A DNA stretch of 64,000 bases from Nageia nagi (taxonomy: Eukaryota; Plantae; Pinophyta), in contig JBITNC010000001.1 in NCBI GenBank assembly GCA_050084985.1, positions 41,974,001-42,038,000 on the forward strand, in the 5' to 3' direction. Both the position numbers and the translations under genes were made by a program. The notes under the pieces were generated by a model. It saw nothing but the letters and a program-made list of their open reading frames with translations. It had not been told where the DNA came from and ran no database searches. Positions 11,893 to 24,985 of the stretch are shown in pieces. How positions within the stretch are numbered: the stretch's first letter is position 1; the number at the start of each line of letters is the position of its first letter.

Positions 11893-13269
11893 ATACTTAT
11901 TTGCCCCATAATGAATTTAAACATCATAAGGGTCAACCTCCTATGATGCACCTTGTTCCCATTACTCTTTTGATAGTCCTTAACCTCCTTGTCTAGTTTT
12001 GTGTATAAAAAGGTTAGAATATTCATCTTCGTACATTAAGGTGATTCAAAACCTAAAGTGAAATATCCTTACCCAAATATTGGTGGTGTCTAAAGTAATA
12101 AACTACATGATGACCATGGTCACTTTTGGCCATGACTCTAGAAGAGATGTATGAGCAACCACATCATGTTTCTCACATTATAGCTTAGGGCCTCCCTTGC
12201 AGAATTTGGTAAGATTTATATTAAGGATATGGTTATCTCACCTCAATGTTTCTCCCATCAGTGAAATTCCCATCACTTAAGAAAGGAGATTCTAGTTCAC
12301 TTGGAAGCTTATGCCAAAAAATTTAATTTCCCTCCCTTTCTAGCTCTCCATAAACTATTAGAAGATGTCCTCATTGCAGCCCTTAAATTTCTCTAGGAAG
12401 TTAAGCAACCCCCTAAATATAGAATAGTTCTCATGGTAGAAGAGACATTGAGCTTTCATGGTTCCAAATGAGACTTTGGTATATCTACATCTACCTTCCT
12501 CTTAGGTGCCATGGCCATAAGGATCCAATTATTTTATTACATACATCTAGGATTACTTTTGTATAAATAACCTAGCTCGCTATCACCTTAGGCCCATTAG
12601 CTGCTCGAGAATCCTCATCTTCTTAGGTTGTAATCCATAGAGATTATTACTTAAATAAGATCCACCTCATATGATATGACATACTCCTCCATATGGATGG
12701 ATTTCCACATGTCCCCCCACATATCTTAGCCTTTCACCTCATCACTTTGATTACCAAACTCTGGAGTGAAATATCGATGACATCATGGAATGTCATGTCC
12801 TCTCCATCCTTGGAAAAGATAAAACTCTATTTTTTCCTCCTCATAATCTATTGATGGAACCCTCCCTCTTTTCTTACATGCAAGCTTTTTGGGCACATTT
12901 ACAAATATGAGGGAGCTTGCATATCTACCATAGTTTGTTAGCTAGCCAACAATGACACACCTTACACCTCATTTGCATAGTATTCCTACATCTAAAATAT
13001 AAATTATCAAATAAGGAGCCCCTTCTATGATGAGCCCACCTTTTCCAGCTCACCTCCACATGGCACCTACTTTTTAGCTCAAGCCAACTCAACTATCTAG
13101 TCTAACACTTCTTGACTAATCTCTCCATACATATTTTAAAATTTAAATTTGTTTACCACTCCAAAGTGTGGCTATTGATAGCTTTATTTTTCAGCTTTAT
13201 CTTGATCCTCCTTGGCTTGTAACTCATGTCAGTCTGTGAAATCAAATTCCCATACTTTTCATTCCTACC

Positions 13270-16200
13270 AATTCACTACCTCATTAGCTAAGTGATCCAT
13301 TAAGTGATTAGCTTCTCAATAATCATGGAGTATTTTGATATGATCCACATCATTAATGATACACTAAGACTCCTCTATTATATTGCTAATGTCCCAAATT
13401 GATGGAGAGTTACCCTTTAACAAGTTGATTACATTCACAAAATCACTTATGATGACCCAATTAGTGCAATTACACCTACTTATCATGGAAAGACTAATGA
13501 ATGTCACCCTAATATCCATAAAATAACTCATTTGATACCCTAAAGGTTTAATAAATAACATATTAATCCTCCCCAAATGATCTCTTATCACTGTGTGGCT
13601 CCATCCATACTAGGGTTACCTTTCAAGAAGCCATCAAAATTAATGGCCAACAATCCTATGAAAGGTAATCTCTAATGGAATTCCTTACAAGGGTGTTTCT
13701 CCCTATAATTATTCTCTATTCTAACCCCCAATTAAATAGGGTTGGAGCATCCCTCATGAACCCCACACAACTTTGAACTTAATAATAGAAAGATTCTCTA
13801 GGATAAAGTGTGAGATTCTATGGGTAACCCGACTGGCATCTAAGCAATTTTCCTTAAAAAATTGATGATTATGTTCCTTCCATATTCCCTTCAAAAATGA
13901 GCTAAGATTAACTCCCATAATTTATGCAATCTTATGCTAATAAAAAGGGCTCTCTCATTGAATCAACATTTCCTTAACAGTATGAGGTAGAACCAAATAT
14001 GTCTTAAATTACTAAAAAATATATAGGAACACCTCTTGGATAAACTCATAGTGAATCAATAGATGATGATATATTGATTACTCCTCCCTTTTATACAAAA
14101 TACATATATTTTCCAACTTGAATCCCCTGTTTCTTAGGTTATCTATGGTGAGTATTTTGTTCAAGTTAGTTATCTAGAGAAAAAAGGCTTCTTTATGTAT
14201 GAAGTGTTTGATCAAGACTTTCTTCATCATGTTCCATGGTAAGTTATTGATGTTGTAAACTTGATAACCTAGCCTTAATGAGTACATACCATGCTTCTCT
14301 TTAACCCAAACAAAGGAATCCTCCTTACCATGAGGGAGAAACATAATCTTTCAAAATTTTATTAATCAAAACCAGAGTTCCTTCCTAAGCCACTATGGGA
14401 TTCAATGTTTTCTTAGTGGCTAATAAGCTCTTACAAGTGAAAAAATAGGATTTTAAGATTTTTAAATTGGCTAATATTTGGACACCCAGAAGGGGGGCAT
14501 TCACCTAAAATTATAGGTAGGTATTAATTTAATGTATCTAATCATCAAAAAATCAACATATCATATGTATATAGTATGTATCCACTTACACCTTTTATTT
14601 TAAAGGCTATATTTTTACCAAAATATTGAAATTGATTTTCCTTGATTTCAATAATTATTTTTTGGATCAATCCTTAGGAATAACCCTAGTGGTATTATCG
14701 AGCTCTAATTTCCTCCATGCTTCCTCTCTCATCTATAAAGGTAGCTAGCAACCCATTTCCCATACTTTCCTATTATACTTCTAATAATAGGGATCAAATT
14801 CCTTTATTCCATCAAGGGACCCTCCATGAGCTAGTGATCCATACAAAAATTAATTTGATTACCATCCCTAATGATCCAATATCTATTACTTAAGAGAGAT
14901 TCCTTAGTACTTTGTAAACCATTCTAGAGAGAAGAACCAACTCTAGGATTTTCCTCATCAAGAGAGGAGGAATTCGAGATGTATTTTGAGTTAATGATCT
15001 TCACCCAAGGTTTATCTTCATTTAATACAATTTTCCATCCTAACTTACCTAGGAGAGCTAAGTTCATTTTTCTTAAGGTTCTTGATTCCAATACCCCCCT
15101 AAGCAAAGGGAATATAAACCTACTTTATAACCACTAAAACCATTATTTTCTTCTCCTCCATGCCTATCCATAAGAAATGTCTTTGAATTTTGATTATTTT
15201 CTACTGAACCATCACTCGAATTTTAAAAATAGACATAAAATACATTGGTAAACTCTAGATGACTGAATTGATCAATTGTAGCTTCCCTCCTAGAATGTTA
15301 GGATCCCATATCCTAAAATTTACTTATATTATAATAGTTTATTAATTAGAATATCAACTTATATTAAATGTAAGGGGACCAACATATTTGTAAAGCAAAT
15401 CACTGTTTTGTATTGAGCGATCGATTAGGGTTAGGGTAGGTAGACTATAACTATGTGTGAAAATATAATAGTTATCATCTTGGAAAATATATTATTTGAT
15501 TTGTAAAGAGATAGTACCATTGAAGTGGCTTGTGATTCATTTTGGTTATTCAATAAAGTGATTTTGTTATTAGCTTTCTCAATTTAGATTTGTGTTTCTT
15601 ATGTTGAGATATTGAGAAACATTTTGCTATTGTTTTACTATCATTTTGGTGAGAATCCCATTTAATAACTTATAGGATCCTAACATATGGTATTAGAGCT
15701 TCAATTTTGGCACCTATGGGTTGGTTAAGGATTAAGATTTCTATGTCTCTAACTGAAATAATGCCAAAATTTTGCCAAAACATCAAGGTCTCATAGAGTT
15801 GGAATCTTAGATTTTGCCCATTTTATAGCCAAAACTCTGCCATATTTTTTTTAGAATTTGGGCCAAATTGTTTCCACCATACTCATAAGCTTCATTCATA
15901 CCATGCCATTCCTACATCATGCCCTTCTAACTATCCTCCTATTCACTATTTTGCAACCTCCATACTAGAAGCCACCGCCATTTCTAAAATAATATTTTTT
16001 TCTCCTTATAGAACCCTATCTTTCCTTACCATAAATAGTAACTACTAAAAAGGGTAAAAACTTTTGAGGCCATTATCTTACAAATGGTGAGGAATTAGGG
16101 GATTCTAAAAAAGTCGATCCATTACCTATGGTAACGACTTTTTAGAAAAATAAGTATTAATTTTTTAAAATCATCATTTTGGTACCTATCCCATTGTAAT

Positions 16201-19200
16201 TATTTTTTCCTACTGATCATTTTGATATATAGCACCCATACACTTTTTTAGTTTCCAAAAATTGTAATTTCTAAAAATAGTAGTTCCTAAAATAGTTATA
16301 TGGTTTACGATTGAAGATCCTTGGATATTGATAAATTATCATAGTGAATAAACCATATAATAGACCTAATAGGTGATTCTCACCTCTCCACCACTCTTGA
16401 TGAACTCAAAATATTAATTGAAGTGATAACTACTACTTATGGTCATATGGATTGAAAGGTTCAAGTCCTGGAGCAAGCCATAGCTCATAACACATCCTTG
16501 ATTGCAAGTGGATCAATTTAATCTGAACCATATATTTGCCAAGGATTCCAAAACTTTCATGGACCATAATAAGACTTAATTCTTTCACATACAACAAAAT
16601 TGCACTTTCCAAAATTTGATGGTGATGACCCCACTAGCTGGATAATCAGATCGAGTAATATTTTTCTTTAAATCAAATACCTATTGCACCAAAGGTGAAC
16701 CTTTCCTCTTTTCATCTAGAGCATAAAGCCATACAATGGTACCCATGGTTTGAAAAGGAAAATGGCACCTCATCTTAGGAGGATTTCACCTGTAACCTCC
16801 TTTTCATATTTGGTCTTATTGATTTTGAGGATTTTATTGGTGCCCTTACCAAACTATGCTAAATGACTACAGTGAGAGAATACCAAATTGAATTTGAAAA
16901 GTTTGCTAATCATAGTAAAGGATTAGATGAGGGATTCTTTTTTAGTTATATCATTAGCAAGCTAAAGGAAGAAAATCAAGTGGAAGTCAAAATGTTCAAT
17001 CCCAAAACAAGATAGTAGCAATAGGGTTTGTAAAGTTGGTAGAGGATAAGCTTAATTCATAATGTAAAAATACCAAACAAACCATTTGGAAACCATAAAT
17101 TTTCCAAAGTGATCACAAACCACCACAATCCTTATTGGTTAAAAGAAATTTAACTACTATTGAGATGGAGCATAAAAAAAAGGCTTTGTTATAATTACAT
17201 TGAAAAATTTGAAATGGGACATCATTATACAACTCAAAAATTATATATCATGGATGCGGATTCCCCTGTGGAACCATGAAAAGAGGCTTTTGAGGATGCT
17301 ATGGTAAATATTGAAGAGGAATCAAACCAACCAGCTAAATTTGTTCTTGAAATTTCTTGCAATACCCTCTAAGGGTTTGTATCTCCACAAACCATGAAAG
17401 TTTAGGGATATTTTAGGGATAATTATTGATAATACTGCTTGAATCCAAAAGCACCCATAATTTTATGGATCCTCATATGGGTAAAAGGAACCACTCTTAT
17501 ATCTATTTACATAATAATTCTGAGGTGATTATAGGTAATGGAGGAAAAATTGCTTGCAAAGTATGGTATCACAATATCAAGCTCAGCATGGGTGACTACA
17601 AGATGCAAAGTGACATGTATGTTCTACCATTTGGTAGGTATGATGTGGTCCTTGGTATATAATGGCTGATGAAATTGGGCCCTATTTTTTGGGATTTTCA
17701 TGAGCTATGGATGCAATTCAAAGTTAATGAGAATTAATATACTCTCGAAGAAATTAATATGGGGTGATCACAAATTTTTAGTTAACATTACATGGAGAAA
17801 CTATTGAATAAATGAAGAATGGTGGGATAAGTATTCTCTATTCAGCTAGCCCTGCAAGACTCACCTAAAGTACAAGAATTACAATAAGTACTCACCCATC
17901 ATACTAGAGTATTTGAAGAACCCTATGGGTTTTTGCCCCATCTCCCTCATGACCATGCCATCTAATTAATCCTTAGGAGTCAACCATCCAACATTCAACC
18001 TTACTACTACCCCTATATCTAGAAGGATGAAATAGAAAATCTGGTGGAAGATATGTTAGAAACTAGCATCATTTTCCCAAGTGTGAGTCCTTAATCTCCT
18101 TTAGTTTTGTTGGTTCACAAAAAAGATGGGCCATGGTGAATGTGCATCAACTTTCGAGCTCTAAACAAATCATCAAGGATAAGTTTCCCATTCTAGTCAT
18201 TGATGAACTGTTAGATGAACTCCATGGTGTCAAATATTCCTCCAAGTTAGATCTCTAATTCGGGTACCACTAAATTCAACTTTGCATGGAAGACATCCCT
18301 AAAACTACTTTTCACACACATGAAGGTCATTATGAGTTTTGAGTAATTTCCTTTGATCTTACTAATGCTCCATCCACCTTCTAGAGTATGATGAACTAAG
18401 TATTATGCCCTTATCTTTGAAAAATTATTTTAGTTTTCTTTAATGATATTTTGATCTACAACAAAACTTGGGAGGATCACTTATCTATGTTAGATAAAAC
18501 TTTGTAACTCCTCCATGAGAATCAATTGTATTCCAAGTGCTCTAAATGTTCCTTTGGCTAACAAGAGATCAAATACCTTGGGCACATTAGTTCAAAAGAA
18601 GGTGTCAAGGTGGGCCCATTGAAGATTTTGGATATGCAAACTTGGTCTCTCCCTAAATCCTTGAAAAGCTTATAGGGCTTCCTCATATTGATAGGGTACT
18701 ATCATAAATTTATGAAATATTATGGAAATATTATAGCCCCACTTACAATAATTCTTGAGAAGAATGCCTTCAATTGATTAGTAGCTACAAAACAATTCTT
18801 TCAACAATTGAAGGTTGCCATGTGCTTTACTCTAGTATTGGCCATACTAGATTTCTCTAAGACCTTCATAATTGAGAGTGATGACTTTGGTGTTAGAATT
18901 GGAGCCATGTTGATGCAATAAGGGTGATCCTTGGCTTTCATAAGCAAGGCCCTCTTAGGTAGAAACTTGTCTAAATCCACCTATGAAAAGGAAATGCTTG
19001 CAATAATTGATGTCATTCAGTATTGGATACCCTACCTCATTGATGGCCATTTTATCATCATAATCAACCACCATAGTTTGAAATACTTAATGGAATAATG
19101 CATCTCCATCTTGTAACAACAAAAGTGGATCCCTAAACTCTTGGGGTATGACTATGAGATTGTGTATAGAAAAGGTAGTGAGAATGTAGTTGTTGATGCT

Positions 19201-20945
19201 CTTTCACAAAAATTTGTGGATCCATTAGCACTTCAAGCCCTTTCATTTCTAGTTACTAACTAGATCAACTAGGTTAAACAAGAATAGCTCTAGGATAGTT
19301 TCATACATTCAGTGATTCAATAGCTATAGAAAGTTTCAATGAGTAAATCCCTATTTTCTTGGTATGAGGGAATTTTACAATTCAAAGGTAGTATTGCATT
19401 ACCAATGAACTCTTCATGTTGCAAGTTGATATTTTAAGAGTTGCATGCTACACCAATAGCTATCCATTTTGGATTTTTGAAAGCCTATCAATGGGTGCTT
19501 CGCTCTTTCTATTGGTCAAGTAGGAAATGGGACATAAAAGGTTTGTACCCAAATACGATGTTTATCAGTGATAGAAAGGGGAGACAGTGGGAACCCTAGG
19601 ATTGCTTTTGCCTTTATGAATATCAAAGTGAACTTGGAAAGATATTTCAATGGATTTTATTGAAAGTATTCCAAAATCATATGACAAAGTTATTATCATG
19701 GTAGTAGTGGATTGACTCTCCAAGTATGCGCACTTCTATCCATTAGTACATCCATAAAAGGCCATCAATGTTGCCCAACTCTTTCTTGATAACATTTTCA
19801 AACTCCATGACATGCCTTATACCATTTTTAGTGACCATGATTTGACATTCATGAGCAAATTCTAGAAAAAATGTTTTAAACTCTAGGGCACTACACTCAA
19901 TATGAGCTCTACTTATCACCCCTAAATAAATGGTTAGGCAAAGATTGTTAATAAATGCTTGGAAACATATCTCTATTATTTTGCTTCAACCTAACCAATT
20001 CATTAGGTAAAATAGCCTCCTTTAGCTGAATGGTGGTATAGTAATTCATATAATACTTCTATCAAGATGACTCCCTATGAAGCTCTATATGGCCAACCCC
20101 CACCCATAATCATCTCTTACATTCTGGGTGGCACCAATATCCAAGAAGTAGGCACCACCTTAACGAATCATGGATACATCATTCACATCCTTTGGGAAAA
20201 TCTTCAAGTGGTTTAACATTGAATGAAATAATAAGATGATCAATAATGGGTGGCATGTTAGGATCCCATATCATAACATAGCTTTTAGGAAAAAGCTCTC
20301 TTTAAGAGGGGTGGCATGTTAGGATCCCATATCATAACATTTTCTTAGATTATAATAGTTTATTAATTAGAATATAAGCTTATATTAAATGAAAGGATAC
20401 CAAAATATTTGTAAGGTGAATCACCATTTTGTATTGAGCGATCGATTAGGGTTAGGGTAGGCAGACTACAAATATGTGTGAAAATGGAATAGTTATTATC
20501 TTGTAAAATATATTGTTTGAGTTGTAAGGAGGTATCCCCTTGAAGTGGCCTATGATTCATTTTGGTTATTCAGTGAAGTGATTATGTTATTATCTTGCTC
20601 AATTTAGATTCATGTTTCCTGTGTTGAGATATTGAGATATGTTTTGCTATTGTTTCACTATCATTTTGGTGATAATCCCATTTAAAAACTTGTAGGTTTC
20701 TAACATAGACTTAACAAAGCTCCTTTCCACCCTTGCATCTTCCATTAAAAGCATTCAATGAATAGATCGCATAAGGCCTCTTTCATGTAACCTATAAAGA
20801 TTGGCATTCCTAAGTTGATAGTAGGAATCTCCTCAATATAACATTCAAAGATTCTAGCCACTCTTTGTTGTATCATCAACCTAGTAGTATAAAAGAATAA
20901 CTTACTCTTCTAAAAATTTATCTTTTGACCTGCAGTAACTTATAA
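13270..20945 (-). mobile_element. Degenerate L1-type LINE ORF2 (RT C-terminus, zf-RVT, RNase H-like), split by a Ty3/gypsy insertion at 15296-20705
   Basis: AGQKINF*KS at ~20930; WKGALLSL|GGKLQLINSV reads continuously across the insertion; MNLALLGKLGWK at ~15060; KILTIDNLRNRG at ~14140; INFDG..KGNP...IRDHLG at ~13600. Confidence 0.88.
15296..20705 (+). mobile_element. Ty3/gypsy chromovirus (Reina-like) LTR retrotransposon, degenerate; LTRs 15296-15685 and 20317-20705
   Basis: LTRs run TGTTAGGATCC...GGATCCTAACA. Met-type PBS TGGTATTAGAGC at 15688; PPT AAGAGGGGTGGCA; TSD TAGAA/TAGAC. Contains gag (FPKFDGDDP), protease (..STHNF), RT (FFNDILIY), RH and INT with many stops. Confidence 0.93.
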
Positions 20946-20949
20946 AATA

Positions 20950-22689
20950 AGGAGAGAGGTATGGTATTGTAATATCAAAGAGAGTGGTAATGCTCAAAGG
21001 GCATATAAAGAGTTGTAATGTTGTAATGGTATACCTAATCCATTGTATTCCTCTTGCTAAGAAGAAGAGGGGAATGATTTATATTCATGATGGAGTGATT
21101 ATATTTATGGGTGAGGAGAAACCTATATTAGAATCTTGCAAAGAGATGAAGAGAGAGTATTGTAGCTATTTCTATTAAGCAATTCTTCCTTATTATATTT
21201 TGTAATTTATGGATTACAAGAATTACATTATTAATGCTTCTCTAGGAATGTAGCTTAACAACATGTTGAGTGAACCTCAAAAAATTGTTGTCTTCTCTTT
21301 ACCTGCATGTTTTATTTCTTCTATTCAAATTTTCTTTCACATAATCATATTTATAAATACTAATAATTGGTATTAAAGCTTAATGTTGGGATTTTAGCAA
21401 GTTTAAAGGATTGCAAGAGAAACTAGCTACTTCTCTTATTCTATCCCTTCCCCATCTTGTATACACAACTTGAAATTGGAAAGGGGTTTTCCATTGTATT
21501 GATTATGACTATGGAAGAGCATAGATTAATGAAGTAGTGGGAGCAATGATGATGTAGATCAAGTTAGATCTTGTATAAGGAAGTTTCAAGGAGATGATAT
21601 GGATACCAAAGGTGCACAATGGATCTTCAACATCAAGATATAGGAAATTCCACCAAGGATATTCAAAGATAGAGGTGAATTTTGAAGTTCCCTGTAGTTT
21701 CATATGATTTGCATACCAATGGTGTTGATTGTTTATGCAAGGAAATATTAGAAGGAATGGGATTTGGGAACCCACAAGGTTGGATGGTGCATGGTGTTTT
21801 ATATTCCAGATGAAAAGAGAAGGACAAGGATGCAAGGAAAGACTTAAAGAAGACTTCATGAGGATATGGTTGATCTAGGATGAACAAGAATAGTTCATGG
21901 AGCATCATAAGAAGAAGATAAAGTTGTGTTCCTATCTAAAGCAGTGAATCAATCTCTAAGTGGGATATTGTTGGGTGTGTAAAGCCTTATTCACAACTGA
22001 ATGAAGATGTGATCTCATGGCATAGTAATGAGATGCCTCCAATAATATTGCATAGATCCTATGATGAATAGGTTCATGTTATAGTTGCATGGCGATGGCC
22101 TCTAGTTGGTGCATGTCATTGAGTGAAATATTGGTTGTTACACCTAGAAGAAAGTGACAAATACATGAGGAATCTGCTTGTCATGGTGAGAGTATAATGT
22201 TATATCTAGAAATAATTTTTTTTGAATTTGTTATAACAATAATAATGGATTTATTATTATTATTATTATTATATTATTAAAGGCACAAACCATTTAGACA
22301 ATATTATCGTAAAGTATAATATATATATTGACATGTGCTATGTTGTATCAATGTGTAATTCTTGTATTGGCATAATAGAAGGATTCCCATGAGGCATTCT
22401 CATTGATGTATTCCTCCTACTGAGAAGAAGAGAGGAATGGTATTATAATTTCAAAGAGAATGGTAATATCATAAGGGTATATAGAGAGTTGTAATGTTGG
22501 AATGGTATACTAGATCCATTGTATTCCTCTAGCTGAGAAGAATGGGTCATAATCATAATGGAGTGATTATGTTTATGTGGGAGGAGAAACCCATGTGTGA
22601 GAAGCTTGCAAGGAGATGAAGAGAGGGTGTTGCAACTATTTTTGCTAAGTAGTTCTACTTTCACATAATCATATTTCTAAATCCCAACA
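20950..22689 (+). mobile_element. LTR retrotransposon remnant: partial LTR (20950-21365), Met-type PBS, then a full LTR (21384-22689) with almost no internal region
   Basis: Direct repeat 20950-21365 vs 22430-22689. PBS-like TGGTATTAAAGC at 21368. The second LTR runs TGTTGGGATT...AATCCCAACA. Confidence 0.75.
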
Positions 22690-24985
22690 CATGTCTATTG
22701 GGTTCTCTTGTGTTAAAGTCACCTGGGAGTCACAATCAACCACATCCACACTAATTCAAAATCATTAATTGAATTTAGCATATTCACATCATGTGAAGGG
22801 GAGAGATTGAAGTAAAGCCTTCTTTTTTTATTAAGTGTGTAATTTTTATAATAAAGATCTAAATTTAAATTCTCTTAAAGTGAATTTAAATTTGATCTTT
22901 ATTATAAAAATTACTCACTTTATTTAAAAAAGGAGACCAATTCAAAATATTATCTATATATATGTATAACTAATTTCTACCAATAATACGAATTGATAGA
23001 AACTACTTTACTTAAAATAATTAATATACAAATAAAATCCTTACTTTCACTTATTTTTAATAACGATGTTATAATCCTTCAAATAAAGTACACATTTTTT
23101 ATTAAATTACTTATTTAAATTATTGGAAATTATTATCTCTCTTATATAAAAATAAGATTAATAATCTTGTTTGTTTTCAAGAATATATGAATGTGTTGAT
23201 TAAAAACTAGCCATTATTTTACTAGAAATTGAGGACATCTTATTGCTAACACTTATGTTGAATTTATCATTATCCACTTATAGTTGTGTAGATATGTGTA
23301 TGAAAAATATTACATTTATAATATATATGATATTTAAACAATATATACTTATAATTAATAAAGCCTTATAAACATATAAGTAAACCTACATCATATATCC
23401 TTTCAAGAATTTAATTTTATTTAAAATTATTTTATTATCTACATATTTATAAATCCAATTAATATTATCCTCAAGTTTTTCTTTTAATTTGAAAGAAAAT
23501 AGTAAAAGTAAAATTTAGTACATAATGTAATACAAACTAAATATATTTATAAATAATAAAAACTTATAAAGTAAACCTACACCATATATCTCTAGGAATT
23601 TAATTTTTTTTCAAATTATTTTACTATTTATATATTTATAAATCAAATTACAATCATCTTCAATTTTTTCTTTTAATTTGAAAGAAAGATACTAATATCC
23701 ACATCGTAGTAAAATTTAGTACATGAAAGTGAATGAAAAAGGTTTTATGAATATAAATACATTTTTCATAAAAAAATTGTAATAAAAACTAAATATATTT
23801 ATAATTAATAAAAACTTATAAAGATATAAGTAAAACTACAATATATATTTTCATGAATTTAATTTTATTTGAAATTATTTTATTTTCTAATATTTATAAA
23901 TCAAATTACCATCTTCCTGAAGTTTTTCTTTTAATTTGAAAGAAAAATACTAATATCTACATCTTAGTAAAATTTAGTACATGCAAATGAATATAATGAA
24001 AACTAAATATGTAATTGAAAAAAATCAGTTTTTATTTTTTATTTTGTTTTATAAAACCAAGTGTCTTGAAACCTCAATACTTGCATTGTGCCATTGTAAC
24101 TTTGTGGATTCTGTATAATACTAAAGTTTACTTGAAAGTTTAAACTTACCCATTCTCTTCAACTCCCCTCTCTATCAACTCAAAAAACTTAATTATTTTT
24201 CTTTTTTATTTATATTTTTTAATTCATAAACATTATTATTAAAATATCCATAAAACAATAAAACATTTATCACATTCAAGTTTTCATATTTTAAATATAT
24301 ATGATTAAAAAATCTTCATCAGTTACAACCAATCAAAAAAGAGAAATACAGGATAACAATTATATTTGATGGATTTTAATCATATATAATTATTAAATGA
24401 TTTAAAAAACTCATAATAAAATCATAACAAGTTGCACTCTTTGTTGGCAATTGACACATTCCTGATTCCACACAAAGATTATACTAATCATTACAAAAAC
24501 ATTTCTTGAAATAAACTTTACATAACTTAAAATATCAATCTACAAAGTCCAAGACGACGGAGAAGATTATTCTAAATAATCCCTATCGACACCTGTGCCT
24601 TCCTAATACGACACATTATTTGTAATAGGCAATAGGCTTCACACTTTCCACTAGCATTCCAATACATTGTATTTCACAATTTCCACAAGCGTTCCAATAC
24701 GTTGTATGTGAAATTTTAAATTATCTTGTAATGATAGACCTTTCGATAAATGACAGAACACTATAATACAAAGTAGATGGCGAGAGAATGGCTCCACATG
24801 CAAAGTACAAAGACTGAATAGATCCAAAGGCCTACTTCATGATAGCGATACAAACGAATGACCACATTTTAAATGCATTCAGTGTCTACCCCAATAATTC
24901 TCATGGCCTCCTGCATGTGGGGAAAGCACTCTCCAAGCTGTGCTTACTCTCTCCATTGACTGCGCCCACAAAGGCAATAGTATTT
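22690..24985 (+). repeat. Copy 2 of the direct duplication of the BAHD upstream region; also the left arm of the large inverted repeat
   Basis: Colinear with 373-4099. 24602-24953 differs from 3701-4052 at ~8 positions. Confidence 0.92.
23360..24015 (+). repeat. Degenerate AT-rich tandem subrepeat (~190-260 bp unit, ~3 copies); ~4 copies at 930-3105 and ~2 inverted copies at 26140-26400
   Basis: Recurring ATATTTATAAATC.AATTA..ATC.TC..AGTTTTTCTTTTAATTTGAAAGAAA core. Confidence 0.8.
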
